Assembly: GCA_963745075.1 (NCBI GenBank)
Contig: CAVUWV010000024.1
Coordinates: forward strand, 96,001-160,000
DNA from: Candidatus Hydrogenedentota bacterium
GTDB taxonomy: Bacteria; Hydrogenedentota; Hydrogenedentia; Hydrogenedentales; SLHB01
DNA: 64,000 nucleotides
Reading direction: 5' to 3'
The translations under genes were made by a program, and so were the position numbers. Shown piece by piece: positions 42,101-52,761 of the stretch; the first letter of the stretch is position 1; every line of letters starts with the position of its first letter. Under the pieces are notes generated by a model. That model had not been told where the DNA came from. It was given only the letters and a program-made list of their open reading frames with translations, and did no database searches.

Positions 42101-45100
42101 ACGTTGGTGACGCTCGATGCGTTGCCGCGAACAACGTCTCGGAAAAATCGATCGCCGCGCCTTGCCGATGCCCGAGTCTTTTGGAGAATCCGTCGGCGAA
42201 TATGTCGCGCCACGGACCCTCACGGAAGAACTTGTTGCGGGCATCTGGGAACAGGTGCTGACGCGGGGTCGCATCGGCATGCTGGATCGGTTTTTCGACA
42301 TCGGCGGTCATTCGCTGCTCGCCACGCAGGTCGTATCGCGCATTCGGGATACCTTCGATGTGAACCTGCCCCTGCGCGCACTCTTCGAGCATCCGACCGT
42401 AGCGGGACTTGCCGCCCGAATCGACGCCCTTCGCCAAGAGGCAACCGACTCCCATATACCGCCCATCACGCAGATTTCTCGGGACAAGCCGCTGCCGCTC
42501 TCGTTTTCCAGCAGCGGCTCTGGGTCCTGGATCAGTTGGGCGCACGCGACGGCGCGTATACCATGTCGACTGCCATGCGTCTGGCCGGCGAACTGAACGT
42601 CGATGCACTGGAAAAGGCATTCTCCCGGCTGATCGAGCGTCATGAAAGTCTCCGCACGGTCTTCGTCGTTGACCGCGACGAACCGCATCAGAAAATACTG
42701 CCGGCTCGCCCGTTTCCCTCGCTCCCATCACAATCGACGATCGTGCACCCGATGAGCGCAAAGCCGATGCTATGCGTCGTGCGTCGGAAGAGGCGGCCGA
42801 ACCCTTCGACTTGACGACCGGTCCGCTCATTCGGGTTCGGTTGTATCGACTTGGTCCACTGCGACCACGTCTTGTCGGTCATGATTCATCACATCGTTTC
42901 CGATGCGCTGGTCCATGGGTGTTCTCGTGCGCGAGATTCAGCAGTCGTACGAAGCGTTTGCGCGGGAATTGGAACCGGATCTACCCGCTCCTGAACGTTC
43001 AATACCCCGATTTCGCGAAGTGGCAACGGTCCTGGTTACAGGGCGAGGCCTTGGAATCTCAGTTGGCGTATTGGCGTCAGCATTTGGACCGCGCCCCGGC
43101 CACGCTCGATCTTCCCACGGACCGGCCGCGTCCTCCCGTCCGCAGGTTTGTCGGTGATCGCGTCACGTCGCAACTGCCGTCAGAAATCGCCGAACAACTC
43201 CGAGCCCTCGGCCGCGAAGAAGGCGCCACCCTGTTCATGGTGCTGTTTGCCGCCTTCAACGTGCTGCTCCATCGCTATTCGGGCCAGGATGACGTGGTGG
43301 TCGGCACCCCCATCGCCAATCGGAGTCGCCGGGAACTGGAGCCCCTGATCGGGTTCTTTGTTAACACGCTGGCCATTCGCACCAATCTGTCGGGTAATCC
43401 CACCTTCCGGACGTTGCTCCAACGCGTGCGCGAAGCGGCCCTCGGCGCGTACGCCCATCAGGATCTGCCCTTTGAACGTTTGGTCGAGGAATTGCATCCC
43501 GAGCGCGATTTGAGCCGCTCGCCGATCTTCCAGGCCATGTTCGTCCTGCAGAACGCGCCTAAGTCGCACCATCATCTGCCGGGCCTCACCCTGACGCGTA
43601 TCCCATTGGATACCCATCGCGCCCGTTTTGACGTGGTCATGGCGGTCAATGATACTGCCGACGCGCTGAACGTGGCCCTCGAATTCAATACGGATCTTTT
43701 CGACGCGTCCACCATGGAGCGGCTCCTGGGACATTTCGCTACGATGCTCCAGGCTATCGCACAAGACGGAAACGAAGCGGTCGGCACCGTGCCCATCTTG
43801 ACCGAGTCCGAGCGAGAAGCGCTTCTGCATACGTGGAATCAGACCCAGGCGCCGTACCCAGTCGACCGCTGCGTACACGAACTGCTCCAGGCGCAAGCCT
43901 CCCGTCGTCCCGACGCCATCGCATTGGACGACGGCGACCGGCGTATTACCTACCGCGAACTCAATGAACGCGCCAATCGTGTTGCGCACCGTCTGTTGGG
44001 CCTCGGCGTGAATATCGAATCACGCGTAGCCGTTTGCGCGTATAAGCGTATGGACGCCGTAATTGGTTCGCTGGCGATCATGAAGGCCGGTGCTGCGTAC
44101 ATTCCATTGGACCCGGCCCACCCGTTGGAACGACTCCAGTTCATGCTTGACGATTCCGGTGCGAACGTACTGCTGGCGGATCGCAGGTTCCATGAGGCTT
44201 TCGCATCCGACAGTGTCACGCGGGTCAGTGTCGACGACTGTATTTGCAACCCCGAACTGGACGCAGGAGACCCCGTCACCGCCGTGACTCCCGAGAATCT
44301 CGCTTACGCGATCTACACATCGGGATCCACCGGATGGCCCAAGGCCGTCCTTATCGAGCATCGCTCTGTGCTGAATCTGATCCAGTGGCACCAGCGCGTC
44401 TTCTCGGTTACGGATCGCGACCGGACAAGCCATTTGGCTGGGCCGGCATTCGATGCGTCCGTCTGGGAATTGTGGCCTCATCTAACGGCAGGTGCGACCG
44501 TCTGCATTCCCCCCGACGAAATCCGGATATCGGCGGAACAATTGCGCGACTGGTTCGTCGCCAATCAAATTACGATAGCCTTCGTGCCGACCCCGTTGGC
44601 CGAGATGATGGTCGCGTTGCCATGGCCGAAGGAATGCGTGCTGCGCTCCATGCAAACCGGCGGTGAAGCGCTGAGTGTGTTTCCCCCGCAGTCTTTGCCC
44701 TTTGAACTCGTCAACAATTACGGCCCCACGGAAAACACGGTCATAACGAGTTCCGGCGTCGTCGCTGAACCCCGCCACGAACATGATTTGCCCGCGCTCG
44801 GTCGCCCGATAGACAACGTAGAAATCTACGTGCTGGACTGCCATCGTCAGCCCGTTCCGGTCGGCGTGCCTGGCGAACTGCACGTCGGCGGTTCCGGAAT
44901 CGCGCGTGCCTATTTGAATCGCCCCGAGTTGACTGCCGAGAAATTCATCCCGCACCCGTTCAGCGATTCGGCTGATGCGCGATTGTACCGGACCGGTGAC
45001 ATGGTTCGGTATCGGCCGGATGGTTCACTAGAGTTTCTTGGTCGAAATGACGATCAGGTCAAACTGCGCGGGTACCGGATCGAATTGGGAGAAATCCAGC

Positions 45101-48100
45101 GTGCGGTCTATGACCATCCGAACGTAGCGACCGCCGCGGTCCTGTTCCGTCCAAGTTGTTCCGGCGATGACCGAATCGTGGCATACATAGTTTGGAAGCA
45201 CGGATATGAAGTTGACCTCGATAACCTGCGTTCCATCCTGGCGTCACGCCTCCCCGCATACATGGTGCCGGCCGCGTTCGTGCAAATGGACGTCCTTCCT
45301 CTGACGCGAAACGGTAAAATCAACGTCTCTGCACTACCACCGCCGGAGGAATTCACACGCGCCATCGATGCCGATGACCATCCCCAAGGCCCGACCGAGG
45401 AAGCCATTGCCGCCATTTGGTGTGCCGTACTGGGTATCAATCGCATCGGCCGCACCCAGCGCTTCTTCGACTCGGGGGGGCACTCGCTCAAAGCGACCCA
45501 GGTCATGTCCCGCATGCGCGACGCATTTGGGGTTGAACTGCCGTTGCGCACCCTGTTCGAAGTCCAAACCGTCGAGGGGCTGGCCGCACGCGTCGAATCG
45601 GAGATGGACGACTCAGGGCAAGCTGCGGATACGATTGTCACCTACACGGGAACCGACGATCCGCCCCTTTCATTTTCCCAGCAACGACTCTGGTTCCTGG
45701 ATCGGCTGGGCGCGCGCGACGGCGTGTACACCATTTCCACTGCGTTGCGTCTGCGTGGCGACCTGAACATCGAAGCATTGGAGCGCGCTCTCAACCACGT
45801 CGTGCGCCGCCACGACGTCCTGCGCACGTATTTCGGCGGAGACGAAAACCATCCCGTTCAAAAGATTGACGACGATTTTCAAATCGCGCTCGCGCCTCTC
45901 GACCTCTCCGATACGCTCGAGCCGCACCGAACCAACGAGGTGTCTCGTATCGTCCAGCAGCTTTCGTTGGAACCGTTTGATCTGCGGTCGGGCCCACTCG
46001 TCCGAGTCGCGCTACTTCAACTTGGCGACAAGGAACACGTGCTCAACGTCTCCATGCACCACGCCATTTCCGACGGCTGGTCCATGGGAGTCTTTGCCCG
46101 CGAATTGACGGCATTCTACAACGCCGAAATCGGGGACGAATACGCGGAGTTGCCCGGTCTGCCCATCCAATATGCGGACTTTTCCGCTTGGCAGCGTGAC
46201 AAACTCCGTGGGCAAGCCCTCAAAGTGCAGATGGAGTACTGGACGGAGCATCTCCGCGACGCTCCGGCAGTCCTCGAACTGCCCACCGACCACCCGCGAC
46301 CGGCCGTACAAACGTTTAATGGCGGTCGCGAATCCTTTCGTATCGAACGGGCAAGTTGGGACCGCGTCGAAGCGATGTGCAGCAGGGAGGGGGTAACGCC
46401 GTTCATGGCCCTCTGCGCGGCGTTCGATGTTCTCATCTACCGGTATACCGGTCAGGAAGACTTCGTCATCGGCACACCGATTGCCAACCGTAACCGTGCC
46501 GAGATTGAAAACCTGATTGGGTTCTTCGCCAATACCCTGGCACTCCGGTTTCATGTGGACGGTCAGGCATCCTTCCGGCAACTCCTGAACCAGGTGCGCG
46601 ACGTGGCCCTCGGTGCCTTTTCCCACCAGGACGTCCCCTTCGAAAAACTCGTGGAAGAACTGGCGCCGGAACGAAGCCTTTCGCGAAGCCCGCTGTTCCA
46701 GGTTATGTTTGCCCTCCAGAATGTAGACGCACAGTTGCCAAAACTCCGAGGTCTCGACGTTGCGCGTGTCGAGCGCCCCGGACGCCGTTCCCGGTTCGAT
46801 TTGACGGTTACCGTATCGGCCGGTCCCGAGGGGCTATCGGTCAACGCGGAGTACAATGCAGACCTCTTCGATGCGGATACCATTCATCGCATGTTGAATC
46901 ATTACGCCGTAGTCATCTCCGAAGTCGCACGCACGACGGATGCGCCCGTGGCCACCATTCCCCTGCTTACCGAAGCCGAACGCCGAACGCTGCTCTACGA
47001 CTGGAACGACACCGCGGTTCCCGTTCCCCTCGAGAAATGCGTTCACCAGCGTGTTGAAATACAGGCGTCGCGTCGGCCCGGTGTGGCTGCGCTAATTGAT
47101 AGCAATGGCCGGCTCACGTACGGAGAACTCAACCGGCGGGCCAACCGTCTTGCCCATCGCCTCGTGGAGCTTCGCGTTCACCCCAGGACCCGGGTCGCCG
47201 TATGCACGAGTCGGCGAATGGACACGGTCGTCGCGGAACTCGCCGTGCTGAAGGTCGGCGCCGCCTACGTGCCGTTGGATCCCTCGTATCCCGTCGAACG
47301 GTTGCGGTACATGGTCGAAGATTCCAGCGCAGTAGCGCTCATCACGGATCGTATTCTGGAACCGTCATTCCCACCCACTGAGGCGTTGCACGTCTGTATA
47401 GAGGATTGTTTTGACTCCGGCCACCTGCCGGATGCAAATCCCGATATAGCGATGACCGCATCCGATCCCGCGTACGCGATCTACACGTCCGGGTCTACCG
47501 GCCGCCCCAAGGGCGTTCTCATCGAACATCGCGGATTGTCGAACCTGGTCTATTGGCATCAACGGGCCTTCCACGTGACCAGCGCCGACCGGGCTACGCA
47601 TGTCGCCGGCCCCGCGTTCGATGCGTCCGTTTGGGAACTCTGGCCCTATCTCAGTGCCGGCGCCACCGTGTATATCGCCGACGAGATGACGCGGGTTTCG
47701 GCGTCCCACCTGCGACTGTGGATTCTCGAGCATTCCATTACGATCTCATTCTTGCCCACGCCCTTGGCCGAGCAAGTCATCGGGATGGATTGGCCGGCCT
47801 CCTGCCCGCTGCGCGCCCTGTTGACCGGCGGCGATGCCTTGCACAAGCGCCCGCCGCCGTCCCTACCCTTTAGAGTGGTCAACAATTACGGTCCCACCGA
47901 AAATACCGTCGTCGCCACCTCTGGGCTCGTGGAGACGACGCACAATACCACGGGAACCCCAGCCTTGGGTCGGCCCATCGACAATACGGAAATCCTCGTG
48001 CTCGACCGCAACCTTCAGTTGGTCCCGGTGGGGGTCCCCGGCGAACTGCATGTGGGTGGGTTCGGACTGGCCCGCGGATACCTGAACCGGCCGGACTTGA

Positions 48101-49755
48101 CCGCCGAGCGGTTTATTTCGCATCCCTTCCGTGGCAATGGCTGCCGCCTTTACAAGACGGGCGATATCGCGCGCTATCGGTCCGATGGGTCCCTCGAATT
48201 CCTTGGACGGGCCGATCACCAGGTCAAGATTCGCGGGTACCGCGTCGAACTCGGCGAAATCGAATCGGTGCTGTGCCGCCAACCCGGAATTGAAGAAGCC
48301 GTCGTGCTTCCCCGCGCCAACGGTCCCAGCGGGCCTGCCCTTGCCGCGTTCGTGGTTCCTGCCTCGGGACAAGAAATCGACACGGAATTCTTACGGGACG
48401 CGCTCAACGCGGAACTCCCCAGTTACATGATTCCGACCAGTGTGACGGAGACCGAAGCGATTCCACTTTCTGCCCACGGGAAGGTTGACCGGGATGCGCT
48501 GCTGAAACTCGAGGCGCGAACTTCTGACGGCGTCGCGCGGCCGGACGAAGCACCGTCGACGGCCACGCAACAGGCGATAGCCGCAATTTGGTGTGACCTA
48601 CTCGAACGGGAGCGCGTCGGAATTCATGAAAACTTCCTCGATAGCGGCGGCCATTCCCTGCTCGCCGTCGAGTTGCTTTCCCGCATAAACGCCGCGTTTC
48701 ACATCGAGTTGCCATTGCGTACCGTTTTCGAAGAACCGACCATCATGGGGTTGGCGCGCCGGATCGATCTCCTGAATCAACTTCCCGTGGCGACATCGAC
48801 TACCAACGACATACTGGTGCCATTGCGGGCTACCGGGTCGCGCCCGCCCATATTTCTGATTGCGCCCGCCGGCGGAACGGTATTCGCCTATTACGCCCTT
48901 GCCCACCATCTTGGACCGGATCAGCCCGTGTACGCTCTCCAGGATCCCGCATACGAGGGCAATCGTCTGCCGTGCGACACCATCGAGGGGATGGCGCGCC
49001 TCTACATCGAGGCGATGCGTGCCATACAACCCAAGGGGCCTTACTTGATCGGGGGATGGTCATTCGGCGGAACCGTCGCCTTTGAAATGGCGCACCAACT
49101 ATCCGATGAGGTCGGTTTATTGTTCCTCATCGAGACGATTACCGGCGTTCGCGCTCCGGGCCGGACCCAAAAGACGCCGGTGGAGCGGTTGAAGCTCATG
49201 TATCGAAACTTAGGCGCTCGCGCTTCGTTGGCCCTTTCCGGCCTGGCCACGACGTGGGAAGGGGTCCGCTACGCGGTGGTGGCCACGCGTTTTGGCGGCT
49301 GGCTGCGCCGAATCGTGCGGGGCATCCGCAACTCGACGGCCGAACGGAGTTTCGCGCGGTCCTACGAACGCGCGCTCAACGCGTCCGCCCCGGAAATCAA
49401 AGGCGCCGGCACGCTGCTCGTACAACAGTCCGTGGCCCGGCATTGGATTCGCATCGCCATGGCCAACGCCCGAGCGTTTCGCCGCTACACCCCCACGCCG
49501 TTCCCGGGAAAACTGACGCTCTTTCTCGCGAAACGGCGCTTGACGGCGCGACCGGGTTCCGACCCCGCCCGTGGCTGGTCGCCCTTCGCCGAAGGCGGAG
49601 TGGACGTGCGCCTTCTGCCCGGCGATCACTTCTCGATTCTCAGAAATCCCAACGTCGTGAGATGCGCGCAAATCCTTCGCGACCGCGCGGACCAAGCGCA
49701 AACCCAAACGAAACGCCAGGCCGACCGGGAAACGACCCCGACGCTGGCATCCTGA
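39152..49755 (+). CDS. Three-module NRPS: TubC_N docking-(C-A-PCP)x3-TE; about six single-base indels between 42138 and 42990
   Basis: HHIIADG, HHIVSD(G) (out of frame in the ORF track), HHAISDG; three YTSGSTG.PK; three GGHSL; TE GWSFG and GDHF. Confidence 0.9.
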
Positions 49756-49823
49756 TTTTTCGTGAACCCCTTTCCGCTGATATGACGGGTACTTTTTTGT
49801 CGACCTGCGAGGAGCAACTCGCC

Positions 49824-50762
49824 TTACGGTCCGGTTACGTCATCGAAAACCTGTTTCACCGCATCGATGACCGCTTGGGGTTGGTCGACCTGGATGTCGT
49901 GTCCCGAATTCGCCACGACAATCAATTGTCCCTGCGGGGTCAGAGAGGCCTGGTCCTCGTCGAGCGTCTCCTTGATGCCGTCCGCGATGGTGGCTTGATC
50001 CGCAGGCACTTCGCCGGGATCGTAGTTTCCGGCACTCAGATAGATGAGCGGGATGTTTGGCAGCGAGCGATTCGCGCCGACTACATCATACGAATTGTAT
50101 CGGTTGTAGTACTCACCCCAAACCCCCGCCTTACCCGTCGCCCCGAAGTACACTCCATACTCAAGGTCTTCTTTTTCCAGCGACTCCGGCTTCAACGCCT
50201 CCGCCAATTCGTTTTCCATCAATTCGTGCGTCGCATCGACCAATACCAGCCCCGCAACCCGAGTTGGATGCTGATTCGTAAAGTAGCGAGCGAACAGACC
50301 CCCAAACGAATGGCCGCAGAGAATGACCGGATCCGTCAATCCCATGGCGTCGAGGAACGCCTCCAGTTCATCCGACACAATGTCCGGAGTGCGCGGGTTT
50401 TCGCCCTGATCGCTACATCCGACACCACCACGATCGTACGCAATCGCTGTGGTGAACGCCCCTACCTCAGGCAAAACCTTGCGCCAGACCGTCAGATTGT
50501 CGTCCTCGCCCGCCATCAAGATAACTGCTGGCCCGCCAGTACCTTCCTCCTCGTACAGTAGAGAATAGCCGCCAACGTCAATAGAGCTCAATTTGCTGCA
50601 ATCCTCCGGGAGTGATGGACATTGCTTGGCCGATACCGCCAGTAAGACTGCCACCGACAACGAAGCCAGCGTGCCTGCCGATCGCACCCCCAGCCGGCAC
50701 TTCCGGGTTGCAGCGTCATCGGGTTCGGGTTTCAGCTCAGTTTTCGGCTCAAATTGATTCAT
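49824..50762 (-). CDS. Alpha/beta hydrolase with N-terminal hydrophobic segment, convergent with the NRPS
   Basis: YDRGGVGCS, GHSFGG nucleophile elbow, LVLVDA, SGHDI. Confidence 0.85.
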   Translation of the reverse strand: MNQFEPKTELKPEPDDAATRKCRLGVRSAGTLASLSVAVLLAVSAKQCPSLPEDCSKLSSIDVGGYSLLYEEEGTGGPAVILMAGEDDNLTVWRKVLPEVGAFTTAIAYDRGGVGCSDQGENPRTPDIVSDELEAFLDAMGLTDPVILCGHSFGGLFARYFTNQHPTRVAGLVLVDATHELMENELAEALKPESLEKEDLEYGVYFGATGKAGVWGEYYNRYNSYDVVGANRSLPNIPLIYLSAGNYDPGEVPADQATIADGIKETLDEDQASLTPQGQLIVVANSGHDIQVDQPQAVIDAVKQVFDDVTGP

Positions 50763-50974
50763 TGCCGCGGGCTCCTCGATAGTTTGCGCTGGGTGACGAT
50801 TTTTACACATACCTTTTCAGCTCCGGGCAGGATGATACATCAATTCCCGCAGAACAAGCAATATTTTATTGTATTTAAGGTTTATTTTTTGAATATTCAC
50901 TTGACAAAACGATGTGCGTTTCCTCCGAAAAATGACGCGATTGCACACGAAAAAAGCAGATTTTGTTTTTCTAC

Positions 50975-51003
50975 TTGACTTTCCTCCGTGTTTGTGGTAA
51001 AAG
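50975..51003 (+). promoter_or_regulatory. Sigma70 promoter TTGACT-N17-(TGn)TAAAAG
   Basis: Consensus-like boxes, 17-nt spacer, extended -10. Confidence 0.65.
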
Positions 51004-51063
51004 TCCGCGATTTGCGCTGTACCACGAAAATCACTTTATTTGACGAAAGGAGGTGAAAGAGCT

Positions 51064-51201
51064 ATGCATTGCTGTCCATTGTGCAACGAAGCGATCGAAG
51101 AAACCGACATTCAGTTCGGCGAAGTTCAGATCGTTGAAGACGAGTACTGGCATCTCGATTGTTATGCCGAGTACTACGATGAAGTTCTCGAAGAAGCATA
51201 G
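51064..51201 (+). CDS. 45-aa acidic zinc-finger-like microprotein (absent from the ORF track)
   Basis: RBS AAGGAGGTGA; MHCCPLCNEAIEETDIQFGEVQIVEDEYWHLDCYAEYYDEVLEEA with CxxC...WHxxC. Confidence 0.8.
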   Translation: MHCCPLCNEAIEETDIQFGEVQIVEDEYWHLDCYAEYYDEVLEEA

Positions 51202-51225
51202 GTGAATCCTCTTTCACCGGGCACT

Positions 51226-51267
51226 ACGCCTCAGGCGAGCAGTTTGTTCGCCGGAAGGCGTTTTTTT
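51226..51267 (+). terminator. Rho-independent terminator
   Basis: acgcct..ggcgagca/tgttcgcc..aggcgt stem followed by a T-tract. Confidence 0.8.
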
Positions 51268-51410
51268 GTCTCCACGCGGGCGAAATTGGATGGATTCTAA
51301 CCACGATAAACCGTTACCCTCGCGGAAGCGACTTTTGCTATAGTAGCGGCTGTACTCTGCGTCACTCTGGTTAATCGAAGCCGGAGCACCTATAGGAGCT
51401 GGGATACCCC

Positions 51411-52370
51411 TTGGCGAAGCTGAATCACAACAGCCGTGGCACAATCTCCCACACGTTGCCTTTTGAGAAACGGATTGTGGAACTTGAAGCCAATCTTGAG
51501 CAGGCTGAGAGCGAGGACGAGCGTGCGGAGATTACGCGCGAGCTGGAAGTTGAACGAGAAAAGGTGTTTACACAATTAACCCCATGGCAACGCGTGGAAC
51601 TCGCCCGGCACGCCCAACGACCCAAAATGCTGGACTACGTCAGCCGGGTCTTCGAGGATTTTGTCGAACTTCATGGCGATCGGGTGTCCGGAGAGGATAC
51701 GGCGACCGTTGGCGGCATCGCGCGTTTCAAGGGAGAAACGGTCGTGCTCGTAGGTCATGAGAAAGGCAATACAACGGACGAGCGAATCCGCCGAAATTAC
51801 GGCATGGCATTCCCGGCCGGTTACCGTAAGGCCTTGAGGCTGTTCGAGATGGCGGAACGCCTCCACCTTCCCGTCGTAACGATTGTGGACACGCAGGGCG
51901 CCCATCCCCACCCCGACGCCGAGCAGCGCGGACAAGGTCCCGCCATCGCGCGAAACCTTTTGTATCTTATGGGGATTAAAACAGCGGTTTTCTCGGTCGT
52001 TATCGGGGAAGGCGGGAGCGGAGGTGCACTCGGAATTGCCGTAGGCGACTGGGTTTGCATGTTCGAACATGCCATCTACATGATCTGTGCTCCCGAGCGG
52101 TGTGCGGAGATTCTATGGCGAGACTCTTCAAAGAAGGAAATCGCCGCGTCTGCCCTGAGAATAACCGCGCAGGATTTGAAGGAATTCGGCGTGATTGACG
52201 CGGTACTCGCCGAACCGGGCGGTGGTGCTCACCGCAATCCGGACGGCGCCGCCGCGGTCCTTTCCGAGGAACTGAGCCGGTTCCTCGCGTCCGCGGCGGA
52301 GGGAAAGTGGACAGTCGAGCGCCGGCAGGAAAAATTCCGGCGCATGGGGGTGTGGCGAAACGTCGTTTGA
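51411..52370 (+). CDS. accA: Acetyl-CoA carboxylase carboxyltransferase alpha subunit
   Basis: LTPWQRV.LARH..RP, ELHGDR, GYRKALR, GEGGSGGAL, EP.GGAHR. Confidence 0.93.
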   Translation: MAKLNHNSRGTISHTLPFEKRIVELEANLEQAESEDERAEITRELEVEREKVFTQLTPWQRVELARHAQRPKMLDYVSRVFEDFVELHGDRVSGEDTATVGGIARFKGETVVLVGHEKGNTTDERIRRNYGMAFPAGYRKALRLFEMAERLHLPVVTIVDTQGAHPHPDAEQRGQGPAIARNLLYLMGIKTAVFSVVIGEGGSGGALGIAVGDWVCMFEHAIYMICAPERCAEILWRDSSKKEIAASALRITAQDLKEFGVIDAVLAEPGGGAHRNPDGAAAVLSEELSRFLASAAEGKWTVERRQEKFRRMGVWRNVV

Positions 52371-52464
52371 TTCGGCGAGTCCCGGAAGAGGGTAAATGGA
52401 AGACCGGGTGCCGGGCCGCCTCGTACGTTACGTCATTCGGGAGACGCCGAAATTGCGCTGCATT

Positions 52465-52761
52465 ATGCCGACTGCGGACGAAATACACATTCGGGTACGC
52501 GTACAGCCCAAGGCTTCCACGAATGCCGTTGTGGAGGAGCAAGGGGACCGTCTAAGAATTCGCCTTACGGCGCCTCCTATCGAGGGGAAAGCAAACGAGG
52601 CGTTGCGCGGATTTGTTGCAAAACAGTTGGGCGTTGCCAAGAGCGCAGTGCGCCTGATCCGCGGCGAACGCTCGCGCGACAAGACGCTTAGTGTTCGGGG
52701 AGTGGGTGCCGAGGTGGCTTGGTCCAAGCTGACGCGCGATTGTACCGGGAGAGCATCGTGA
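52465..52761 (+). CDS. DUF167 (YggU family) protein
   Basis: VRVQPKAS, APPIEGKANEAL, G..SR.K. Confidence 0.88.
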   Translation: MPTADEIHIRVRVQPKASTNAVVEEQGDRLRIRLTAPPIEGKANEALRGFVAKQLGVAKSAVRLIRGERSRDKTLSVRGVGAEVAWSKLTRDCTGRAS

